Virus record (IMG/VR): IMGVR_UViG_3300017991_000004
Span: 1 to 64,000 of that record
DNA: 64,000 nucleotides
Strand: one strand, 5' to 3'
Origin: a virus
The notes below the pieces were generated by a model, which made no database searches, was not told where the DNA came from, and worked only from the letters and a program-made list of their open reading frames with translations. Each line of letters starts with the position of its first letter. Position 1 is the stretch's first letter. Position numbers and translations under genes: made by a program. This document shows positions 42,937 to 51,313 of this stretch, piece after piece.

Positions 42937-45900
42937 CTATTCCATCGTGACGATGTTGGCGACCTGGAAAGTGCTGCCCACCGTCGTCCGCGCCAGCGTC
43001 GAGGTAATCTTGTCCACGAAGCCGTCCGCGAACTCACGAATCTGTACGGTCAGCATATCCTCGGGACCGACCGTATCGAGCCAGAGAGTGACTTTACCTT
43101 CCTGCGCCTCTGCGGGCGACTCGTACACACCGTTCGCTCCCGGCGCCAGCGGTGCGTTCAGGGTGTCCGCCAGATTGGTCAAAATGCGGTCGAGCAGTTC
43201 GTCCGTCACCTGACCCGTGAGCAGCACGGTCGTCACCGGCCCCGCATCGTCTCCCTGCGTCAGGTTGAACTCAGGAGGCGTAATGGGGAAATCAGTCACC
43301 GACCCGTCGTCTGCTGTACTCTCCGTCTGCCACTTCTTCAGGTAGCGGCTGTCTTGGAGAGCCTGCATCACGTCGATGTCGAAAATGATGTTGTTCCCGC
43401 GCTCCTTCACCAGCTCCTGATAGAAGGCGAGAATGGATTCGCCGTGCTTGTTGAGGAAGTCCGTCACCGCGCTGGCAGGGTCGGAAGGGGACTCCATCGC
43501 CAGCGCCTTGCCGACTACCAGGGACAGCAGGCGGGACGCATAGATTTCAGAACGCGCCAGTCGCGCATCCACCATCTTCTCTATCATCGCCGTGAAGGCG
43601 GGCGAGATGGTCATGTCGGAATAGTTCACCGCCTCACTGGTTTCGTCCGCCAACTGCTGCATGAACATCCTCTGTAGCGTCGGACTGGCAGGCATGGGAA
43701 TGAACGGCTTCTCTTCCTTTTGCACGGAATCGTACACCCGGTGGTAGTAATCTGCGAGGTCGTAAATTACTCCCCACTGAAACTTCGGAACATTTCCAAC
43801 ATCAACTTTTGTTCCTACTAATTGCGCCGAACAGTCAGCCCAGGCGGGGTCACCTGATTGCTTGGCTGTACGAATGTGCTTTTTTAGCGCAGTCACAAAC
43901 TTTTGTGCCATTTTAGCCGAAGGAAACGTCAGCACTTCTACGCGGCCAGTCTGCTCCTGCACCGACTCATAGAAGGCGACATCGCAAGCCGGGCAGTAGT
44001 CATGGAACCTTCCTCGGGCCTGAAGCGGACCACCGCATATCGGACACTTGTGTTTCTTTACTTTTCTGCGACCACCCCAACCCAGGGAATAGATGGAGAC
44101 TTTATCAAAGCCTTCTTCTACCGCCTTCTCCCGGACCGCCTGCTCAACGCGCCTCGCATGACCATCCCCCAGTTTGTTCCACAAGACCATAAGGCTAATC
44201 TTTTGGGTTTTAGGAACATCGGGCGTCTTGAGGTAGGCGTACCCGCCAGCGACCTTAACCACCTCCCAAATCTTGTCGTCGAGTTCAATTTTCATCCCCG
44301 GTACAATGCGCGGCACATTCTCTTCAACGCTTTCCGATGACTCGCTCTTGAGCAGTTGGTCTACCGCCTGGTCCACATCGACGCCCTGCGCGATGTCTGC
44401 GACCGCATCGGCGGGGACGTAAGACTGCGGAGCGGCGACGGGTTCCTTGCCGCCCCACATCGGCGGGTAGGGAGCAGCCATCGCACCTTCGGGGACTTCC
44501 TGCGGAACGAACATCACCCACCACTCGGCGGGTTCGCTTCCCTGCGGCAACGTGCCGTCCGGGGACGCGACCACGGTGGTGTTCGAGTAGATGGTATTGA
44601 TGGCTTCGCGGAGTTGCTCGACTTCCTCGGCGGTCATGGTCGCGTCGAGGAAGAGGTAGACGGAGTGCGACTCGTCCGCAAAGTCCACGTCCTGAATTGC
44701 GTCGATGGAACCGAGAACGATGGTCTTGCGGATGATGTTGTCGAGCACGTCGTCGAGCGTTTCCTTCTCCGGGTCGCCGTAGGCTTCCTCGAGTTCTTCG
44801 CTGCTTTCGACTGTGATGTCTGCTCCTGCGAACAGATTCTCGAAGTCGTAGACGCTGTCATTGTTCACAACGGCAATCCACATATTCGACGCCTTGGAAA
44901 TCATCTCCGCGTCGATGCTGAACTTTGACCGAAGCGCCGCGCTCACTTCGTCTGCGGAACGTCCGCGGGTGAGCGCGAACAGCGTCTGGATAGCGGGGCC
45001 GAACAGCTTGTATGTCGTGTTTCGGCTTCCAAGTTTTTGCGTCACCACCACGCCTTCGGTGACCACCGCTTCCATCGAGGAAGCGTCCTGAGAAAAAGTG
45101 GACTCAACTAGACGGGCTGCCGGCTCGCTCAGGTACGTCTCGCTGACCACCTTGTACTTTTCGGTCAGGAGGTTCTTCGTTTCGTGCATCGTCGCGCCCG
45201 TCACCCTATGGATGAACTCCGCGAGGTCATCGAGGTTGTCGAAGTGCTGGTCCAACCCGTCTTCGAGGAGAACCATCAGCGCCCGTGACATGCTCTTGTA
45301 TTGTTTCTCCGTCATGAGGCCGATAAGGCAACCGATGGCACCACTGGGCATCTGCACGTTGAGGCGAATCACGGAACGCTCCCGTCCCTCTGCTTGGTCA
45401 CGCGCCTGTTCGTCGCAAATCCAGCACTCGGTCAACGACTTCTCTTCGGGTTCCTTTTCGTAGGTTTCCCCTGCCTCAATGAGTTCGTCGAAGGAAATGG
45501 GACGCGCAGCCATTTCCTTTGCCTCGACTCGGTAGTCGTCGAAAGTGGTGGACGCCTTCGTCACCTTCATCGCCTTGAGGACTTCGACGGCTTCCTCGTA
45601 AGGGTTGCCGAGAATCTTCGTGTTGACGAACAGCTCCTTGATGTGCGCGATGGAAAGCCCCTCGGTGTCCTCCACCCACCGCGCGATTTCCTCGTCCGTC
45701 GTCTCGTCGAGTGCGTTGAGCTTGGAACGGATGTAGAGTTCACGCGCCTCGGCGCTCGGCATCCCGATGTGGAACCGCTTGTCGAAACGCGAGGGACGGT
45801 TGAGGATGCGGCTGCCGAGTTTCTCCGGGTAGTTCGTCGTGGCGAGGAAGACGACGCGGTGAATGTCGTGCATGCCGTCAAGTAGGTTAAGGATGGACGA

Positions 45901-48900
45901 CTCCCCGTAGCGCAGGGTCGCGTCGATGTCCTCCATCAGCACAACCAGGGGAACGTCCGGCTGAATGTGCCGCAGGATGGAATAGCCTTCCACAAACAGA
46001 TTGGAACTGTCGGGGAAGTCCACCACGATGCCGTCCCATTTGTTGACTACATCGTCCACCACAATGCGGATGGTACAGGTCTTCCCTGAGCCGGGAGGGC
46101 CTTCCAGCATCATACCGCGTTTGTAGGGGACGCTGTGCTCGGCGAAGTGTTCCTCCAGGGTCCAGAACTTGTTGATTTCGTCGATGACCTTGTCCGACTC
46201 CGAATCGGGGAAGCGGATAAGGTTCTCAGTCTTGGCGACCTTGCGACGAAAGTACGGACCCTGCATGGACGACTCAATGGAGTAATAACCGGGCGGCAGT
46301 TTCTTCGTAACCTGCCCTGCGGGAAAGAACACGCCAGGGCCGGTTTCCGTCCACTGCGTTACGCTCGACCGGTCGTCCGATTCGTCGAGGCGCTGCTTGC
46401 CTTCCTTCTTTTTGACTTCGATGACTTCCGGCAGAAGGGTGTAGGCGACTCCCTTCGACTCGTCCAGGCGATAACCGAGGTCGTGGGTATGCCCGGCGAC
46501 TTCCTCGACCTTCCAGTCGGCGATACGGTGCGCGTGGTTCTCGATTTGGTTCGACTCACCGTTGCCGTTCTCGTCCACTTTAGCTTCGTGGGTGTGCGAG
46601 ACGTAGTGGGGCCAGAGCTTGTACTTGCCTGCTTCCTTCTGTTCAGGTGAGGCAGGCGTAGTTTCGCAACCGCACGACTCTTCGAGCGAATCCTTCACCG
46701 CCTTGACGGATTCGGTCTGGAGAAACTTGCGTTGCTCCTTCGTGAGGTACTTGCCGTACTTGTCGAGAAACTCGTTCGAACCTGTCATGATTTCACGCCA
46801 CAGTTTCTCGTCACTGACTCCGGTAGCCGTATTCACAGCCATGACGATTTGGTGCATGAAGTCTTTCACTGCACCTTCCTTCACGCCTGCGAATCGAACC
46901 ATGACGGACTCGTAGCGTCTTCCGAGTGTTCTCACGACAAGCCTCCTTAAACCATCCAAGTCCATCGGCGGGTAACCGAACTTGGATATGACTCTCTGCA
47001 CGACCTCCTCGGTAGGGAGGTGCCGCAGTTTTCGGATGAAAGGATGCGCCTTGGCGACAAAGTCGTCAGCCCGCAACTGGTCTTCGCCGTCGAGGTCTTT
47101 GGGAACCTCTGCCTTCGGCTTGGGAGCCTCTTTGGTAGGTTCTTCCGGTACGGAAAAATCGTCCGGCTCTATCGGGCCATCGTCAGGAGGCATCATGTCG
47201 ATGGGCTGAACGCGAATGGTCTTTGCCTTCGGCGCATAGAACACAATGCGGGTTTCGTCCACCATCCAGGCGCGAGGGCCTACTGGCTGAACAATTGCAC
47301 CCACCGTCGCATCCGACAGGGCGCACTCGCGGAGAATCCGCATCGGGTCGTAATGGTCCTCGAAGACGCGAACCTCTTCCTCCTCATTCTCAGTGACGGC
47401 CTCCTCGAGAATGTCGAGGTGATTGTCGGTGAGAAGGTGTTCGCAGATGGACACGACTTGCTCGCCTGTTTCGCGGTCAGCATAGACAACGCCGCACGGC
47501 ATCTCCTCCCGCGACTCGAAACCAAAGTGCTCGGCGGCTGCGGTGAAGAAGTCGTGCACGGTGAGTTCGTCGAGAACCCGCTCGACTCGCTGGAAGTCCT
47601 CGTAGACCGTTCCGACCGGTACAAGGCTTTTGATGTTCGCGACAATGCGCCGCTGCTGCTCCTGCCTGCCCTTCTTCTCGGGAGTGTCTACCCGAATGGC
47701 GCGGGGCTCCACCATGTAGATGTCGATTTGGTCTTTGCCGGGGTCGTCAGGATTGGGGTGCCGGTGCACGACGATGTCGCTAACCTCTCCCCGTCCCCTG
47801 GAGGCTTCGAGTTCCGTTACCTTGAACGTAGTCTTACGACTGTTCTTCACTTCAACGGGAACCGCTCCTCCCGTCACACGCACCTGTGAGTCGTGCCGCT
47901 TGTCCGGTCCCGGCTTCTCCGGTCCCACACCGTCCAGAATCTCCTGAACGATTTCCTCGAAACGGAGGCCCTCCTTTTTGTACCGGCGCTCTCCTTTGTA
48001 GACGACTTTCTTCCAGAGCCGCCTGCGCAGTTCAGGGTCTCCATTGGCTCGCTCGATTCGTTTGAACGCTTTCGCGGCGGCTGCTTTGCGAACGTCGCGC
48101 GGAAAGAAGTGATGGATGTTCCAGGGAACACCGCCCTTCTCCTTCCGATACCGGCGAAGAGAGTATCCCGGTGCGCCGATTTCCTCGGGGTCGAAGGACA
48201 CTCCGAAGAACTCCTTCTCCGCCAGGGTGAGGATGTCCCTACCTTCGACAAGATGAAGGTTGTTGTCCGGGTCGAAAAGGAACAGCGTCATCTCGCCCAG
48301 GCAGAGGTCTTTGCCGGTCGTAAAGGCGCGGAGGTGTACAGGCTGTTCTTCGACCTTCGCAAACACACGCGGTCGCTCTGAGTTGCATACCCCCACGCCC
48401 TTATGAAACCGGCGGTCGGACCGCTCCTTCAGAAAGTTCGCCATGTCCTTGACGAATGAGGAATGGTCCTGCTGGTAACGGGCCTGTGCTTTGTGCCAAC
48501 GCTTTCCTTCGTTTCCCTTGTGCCATGCCCGCGCCGCTCGGATTCGCTTGGCGAGTCCGCGACGGCTCGCCCGCTTCGCCTTGAGCACCTTATCGACGTT
48601 CATGGCGCGGTCACGGGTGCGGCGCTGATTGCCTCCTATGACGAACCGGTAACCGCCGTAAGTCGATTTCGTGCGGCCCGGAGTTTTTCTGGATTGGCTG
48701 ACATGGGAGGGTGCGACCTCCCGTAAAGACTCTGCTAACTCAAACTCTCCGTAGTGGAGATTCATTCGAGCGGGCAACTCGACAAGGTCCTTTCCCTTCT
48801 TGGCGAACACAATTTCGTCGCGCATCTCGCCGTCTTTCGTGTAGACGCGGTATTGCACGAACTCAGAGCCCTCCTTAATCTTCAGACCCCAGATGGTACG

Positions 48901-49293
48901 TCGCCTCGCGCCACCCGCTGGGGTGAACGTGACACGCACATACGGCTTACCGCGCAGATGGGTCTGGTAACGGCCAGCTTCCGCAAGCGATTGCACCTGC
49001 TCCTCGATGGAGGCTCGGGGATTGAACCCGAGGTAATCGGAGGGGTCCTCGACTTTCGTAAACCGGAGGACCGGCTGGTCGTCGAGTAATTGAAGGTGGG
49101 CGAGAATGACGCCGTCTTCTTCCACGCGGAAGAAAATGTCGTCACGGTCAAGGGCGTCTTCAAACGCGAGGAGGAAGGCTCGGTCGAAGGAAGTGAGGTC
49201 GTGAACCTGTGTCAGGTTGAGGACCAGTGCTTCTCCGTCCTGCTCCGCTTCGGTGAAGACTGACGAGAGGAAAGGCGAACTGGTAAAAATCAT
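42937..49293 (-). CDS. Giant modular protein (2118 aa) containing an AAA+ ATPase domain, a putative PD-(D/E)xK-like module and a basic gp68-like segment
   Basis: RGMMLEGPPGSGKT (Walker A), VLMEDID (Walker B), ATTNYPEKL...NRPSRFD (SRH); many L-x-E motifs. Confidence 0.75.
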   Translation of the reverse strand: MIFTSSPFLSSVFTEAEQDGEALVLNLTQVHDLTSFDRAFLLAFEDALDRDDIFFRVEEDGVILAHLQLLDDQPVLRFTKVEDPSDYLGFNPRASIEEQVQSLAEAGRYQTHLRGKPYVRVTFTPAGGARRRTIWGLKIKEGSEFVQYRVYTKDGEMRDEIVFAKKGKDLVELPARMNLHYGEFELAESLREVAPSHVSQSRKTPGRTKSTYGGYRFVIGGNQRRTRDRAMNVDKVLKAKRASRRGLAKRIRAARAWHKGNEGKRWHKAQARYQQDHSSFVKDMANFLKERSDRRFHKGVGVCNSERPRVFAKVEEQPVHLRAFTTGKDLCLGEMTLFLFDPDNNLHLVEGRDILTLAEKEFFGVSFDPEEIGAPGYSLRRYRKEKGGVPWNIHHFFPRDVRKAAAAKAFKRIERANGDPELRRRLWKKVVYKGERRYKKEGLRFEEIVQEILDGVGPEKPGPDKRHDSQVRVTGGAVPVEVKNSRKTTFKVTELEASRGRGEVSDIVVHRHPNPDDPGKDQIDIYMVEPRAIRVDTPEKKGRQEQQRRIVANIKSLVPVGTVYEDFQRVERVLDELTVHDFFTAAAEHFGFESREEMPCGVVYADRETGEQVVSICEHLLTDNHLDILEEAVTENEEEEVRVFEDHYDPMRILRECALSDATVGAIVQPVGPRAWMVDETRIVFYAPKAKTIRVQPIDMMPPDDGPIEPDDFSVPEEPTKEAPKPKAEVPKDLDGEDQLRADDFVAKAHPFIRKLRHLPTEEVVQRVISKFGYPPMDLDGLRRLVVRTLGRRYESVMVRFAGVKEGAVKDFMHQIVMAVNTATGVSDEKLWREIMTGSNEFLDKYGKYLTKEQRKFLQTESVKAVKDSLEESCGCETTPASPEQKEAGKYKLWPHYVSHTHEAKVDENGNGESNQIENHAHRIADWKVEEVAGHTHDLGYRLDESKGVAYTLLPEVIEVKKKEGKQRLDESDDRSSVTQWTETGPGVFFPAGQVTKKLPPGYYSIESSMQGPYFRRKVAKTENLIRFPDSESDKVIDEINKFWTLEEHFAEHSVPYKRGMMLEGPPGSGKTCTIRIVVDDVVNKWDGIVVDFPDSSNLFVEGYSILRHIQPDVPLVVLMEDIDATLRYGESSILNLLDGMHDIHRVVFLATTNYPEKLGSRILNRPSRFDKRFHIGMPSAEARELYIRSKLNALDETTDEEIARWVEDTEGLSIAHIKELFVNTKILGNPYEEAVEVLKAMKVTKASTTFDDYRVEAKEMAARPISFDELIEAGETYEKEPEEKSLTECWICDEQARDQAEGRERSVIRLNVQMPSGAIGCLIGLMTEKQYKSMSRALMVLLEDGLDQHFDNLDDLAEFIHRVTGATMHETKNLLTEKYKVVSETYLSEPAARLVESTFSQDASSMEAVVTEGVVVTQKLGSRNTTYKLFGPAIQTLFALTRGRSADEVSAALRSKFSIDAEMISKASNMWIAVVNNDSVYDFENLFAGADITVESSEELEEAYGDPEKETLDDVLDNIIRKTIVLGSIDAIQDVDFADESHSVYLFLDATMTAEEVEQLREAINTIYSNTTVVASPDGTLPQGSEPAEWWVMFVPQEVPEGAMAAPYPPMWGGKEPVAAPQSYVPADAVADIAQGVDVDQAVDQLLKSESSESVEENVPRIVPGMKIELDDKIWEVVKVAGGYAYLKTPDVPKTQKISLMVLWNKLGDGHARRVEQAVREKAVEEGFDKVSIYSLGWGGRRKVKKHKCPICGGPLQARGRFHDYCPACDVAFYESVQEQTGRVEVLTFPSAKMAQKFVTALKKHIRTAKQSGDPAWADCSAQLVGTKVDVGNVPKFQWGVIYDLADYYHRVYDSVQKEEKPFIPMPASPTLQRMFMQQLADETSEAVNYSDMTISPAFTAMIEKMVDARLARSEIYASRLLSLVVGKALAMESPSDPASAVTDFLNKHGESILAFYQELVKERGNNIIFDIDVMQALQDSRYLKKWQTESTADDGSVTDFPITPPEFNLTQGDDAGPVTTVLLTGQVTDELLDRILTNLADTLNAPLAPGANGVYESPAEAQEGKVTLWLDTVGPEDMLTVQIREFADGFVDKITSTLARTTVGSTFQVANIVTME

Positions 49294-49314
49294 GCGCTAG
49301 TTCTCCACCCCCTA

Positions 49315-49332
49315 TCTGCTGGTACCAACAGA
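49315..49332. repeat. 18-bp palindrome, 1 mismatch (TCTGCTGGTACCAACAGA)
   Basis: In the 5' leader of the 2118-aa gene. Confidence 0.85.
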
Positions 49333-49333
49333 T

Positions 49334-49425
49334 AAAAAGAAAGGCTGGCCCATAGAGGTCCTGTGCGCGGAGAGACTCGGTGAGTCTCTAGAGAACGGGA
49401 CGCTCCTGGGTGCCAGCCAAGAACA
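49334..49425 (-). ncRNA. Candidate structured leader / small RNA
   Basis: Rod-like fold closed by GGCTGG/CCAGCC with apical AGAGACTC/GAGTCTCT, followed by TTTCTTTTT; directly downstream of a promoter. Confidence 0.4.
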
Positions 49426-49431
49426 CTTAAA

Positions 49432-49459
49432 ATTCTACCGGGTCAGGAGGCTGCGTCAA
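49432..49459 (-). promoter_or_regulatory. sigma70-type promoter at the head of the morphogenesis block
   Basis: TTGACG-16 nt-TAGAAT. Confidence 0.65.
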
Positions 49460-49471
49460 GTATGTCTAGAC

Positions 49472-49504
49472 AAAAAATTGGGGAGGGGCTACAAGCCCCT
49501 CCCC
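49472..49504 (-). terminator. Rho-independent terminator ending the leftward early operon
   Basis: 11-bp stem GGGGAGGGGCT/AGCCCCTCCCC followed by AATTTTTT. Confidence 0.8.
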
Positions 49505-49543
49505 GGAGGAAGTCATTGACCCCGGAAGGCCAAGACCGCGTTT

Positions 49544-50836
49544 CTACAGATGATGTTTTTCGGCTACGGGCATCAGTAGCGCGTAGAAGTTCTTGTCCGG
49601 CGATATGAACTCGACAGGCTCGTTCACCTCGCGGTACTTCTTGCCCCGCACCTTGTGGTACGGAATTTTATACATCATGTCCCCGTGCTTTTTCGGATGC
49701 CTTCCTCGAACAGAACGGGAGCGAAGGAAAATGTCTAATTCAGGCTGTGACAGGATAGGCTCCAACATCTTCCAGTCACACCGCAGGCTGATAGGATAGC
49801 CGTGCCCGTTTATCACAGAGAAGTCAAAAGGCGGCGCAAGGCGGTGCCGCATTCTCAACGTGAAGTGTTTGGGATTCGGAACCTTCCAACGGTTCTCCAA
49901 CCTTATGCCCGCCTCGGTCAAAAGGAACCATAACAGATAGTAGTCGTATTGCGGCGACTTGCCTCCCTTCTCCTTGAGTTCCTTCTTGAAGGCTTTCAAT
50001 TCACCGTTACTGCACGTTTCTAGTCTACCCTCGACCAGCGGCAATCGCTTCGGAATCGCGCCGTCGATGTTGGGTAAGGAGTGAGGAACAACGTCAGACA
50101 GGTAGTAAATCTTTCCGCACTTCACCCTGCACCGGTCCCGCTTGTCGAACAGCAACTGCACCTTCTCCGCTGACAGCTTCGACAGCATCTTTAGGTGGGG
50201 ATACAGGTCGGGGGATATGAGGAAGAATCTTTCCTTTGAGTTGTCCGCGATGGTTCCCTTGTGGCTGAACTTTCTGACGTTCTGGATAACCAGGATGCGC
50301 CCGTTGGTGCCTACGAAGTGGAGACCTTTCGGGCGACCTTTTCCTAGTTTCTTCTGTACCGCGCGGACTCCGATGCAGGTCAAACCTGTGCGTCCTACAT
50401 CTGAACTCTTCGTGGCTAGAAAAGGCTTCACCGTTTTGACTGCCTGGATAAACTCCTCCCTATCGAGGGTGAACGACGCTACCGCCTTGACCTGCTGTTC
50501 GGAAACAACTGCGGCTTCCTCCTCTGCGGGATACTTGAATGTCAGCTCCTCTTCCCCGACAGACAGCAGCCACGACTTCGGGGACTTCGCCCGCGTAACG
50601 CGCCGCACCTTCACCTGTGCGTCGTCTTCGGCCTTTTGGACGATTACTTTGAACTCTTCGATTTCGTCTGCTGGTACCAGCAGTTCCGGCATTGCCTTTA
50701 CCGGCGGCAAACTGAGGTAGTAGCTGCTGGTGATGTGCGGATGGTAGTGAATAATTGTCGCCTTCTTGGTAAAGGCAATAGCCTGTATCGTCTTGGGATT
50801 AACGGCAATCAAAGGTTTGAGGTCTGCGGCTTTCAT
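49544..50836 (-). CDS. DNA polymerase III beta sliding clamp-like protein (divergent)
   Basis: FTLDREEF...R..LTCI...FVGTNGRIL, LPNIDGAIP and C-terminal FYALLMPV resemble DnaN motifs; start at GGAGGAAGTCATG. Confidence 0.6.
   Translation of the reverse strand: MKAADLKPLIAVNPKTIQAIAFTKKATIIHYHPHITSSYYLSLPPVKAMPELLVPADEIEEFKVIVQKAEDDAQVKVRRVTRAKSPKSWLLSVGEEELTFKYPAEEEAAVVSEQQVKAVASFTLDREEFIQAVKTVKPFLATKSSDVGRTGLTCIGVRAVQKKLGKGRPKGLHFVGTNGRILVIQNVRKFSHKGTIADNSKERFFLISPDLYPHLKMLSKLSAEKVQLLFDKRDRCRVKCGKIYYLSDVVPHSLPNIDGAIPKRLPLVEGRLETCSNGELKAFKKELKEKGGKSPQYDYYLLWFLLTEAGIRLENRWKVPNPKHFTLRMRHRLAPPFDFSVINGHGYPISLRCDWKMLEPILSQPELDIFLRSRSVRGRHPKKHGDMMYKIPYHKVRGKKYREVNEPVEFISPDKNFYALLMPVAEKHHL
50667..50684. 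repeat. 18-bp palindrome, 1 terminal mismatch (encodes LLVPAD)
   Basis: Intragenic in the clamp-like gene. Confidence 0.85.
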
Positions 50837-50953
50837 GACTTCCTCCTGCCCGATAACTGTGGAAATAAAGTGGGCCGGGAACCCTTGAGGGGAGGCGCCC
50901 GGCCCTGGCAAAAAAGAAGAACAGGTATGCTCTTGTCTATCGCGTATATTTTA

Positions 50954-51304
50954 TCAGGAATCCTGGTGCGGCGCTATCCCTGCCTCCCGCATCTCGTCAC
51001 GCAGTTCCTCTACCTCTGCGGCGCAGGTTTCGCTTAGGCTACACACTGCGATGTGCGTTCCTCTCTGCCGGATGTCTTGGAACTGGTAGTCGATGACTTC
51101 TTCGATGGCTTCGATGATGGGCTGTTCACCAAAAGCAAACGTCACTTGGCGCGACCCTTTGTTTGGGTCACCGCGCCTTTCTGCCTCCTCCAGCTTCCGG
51201 TACTGGCTTCCGGTCAAACCATCCATCCGGTACGGCTTCTGTCCGTTCTTGCGAAACCAACTCGCGGGACGAATGTTTCCATCGCGGTCTTCAAACTCAC
51301 TCAT
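50954..51304 (-). CDS. Hypothetical protein
   Basis: GGAGGAAGTCATG start. Confidence 0.65.
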   Translation of the reverse strand: MSEFEDRDGNIRPASWFRKNGQKPYRMDGLTGSQYRKLEEAERRGDPNKGSRQVTFAFGEQPIIEAIEEVIDYQFQDIRQRGTHIAVCSLSETCAAEVEELRDEMREAGIAPHQDS

Positions 51305-51313
51305 GACTTCCTC

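Noticed and set aside
30118-49293. Inteins, introns, reverse transcriptase/DGR or a virion RNA polymerase explaining the giant ORFs
   Set aside because: No intein splice motifs (C...HN), LAGLIDADG, YxDD RT or DxDGD polymerase motifs were recognised by eye.
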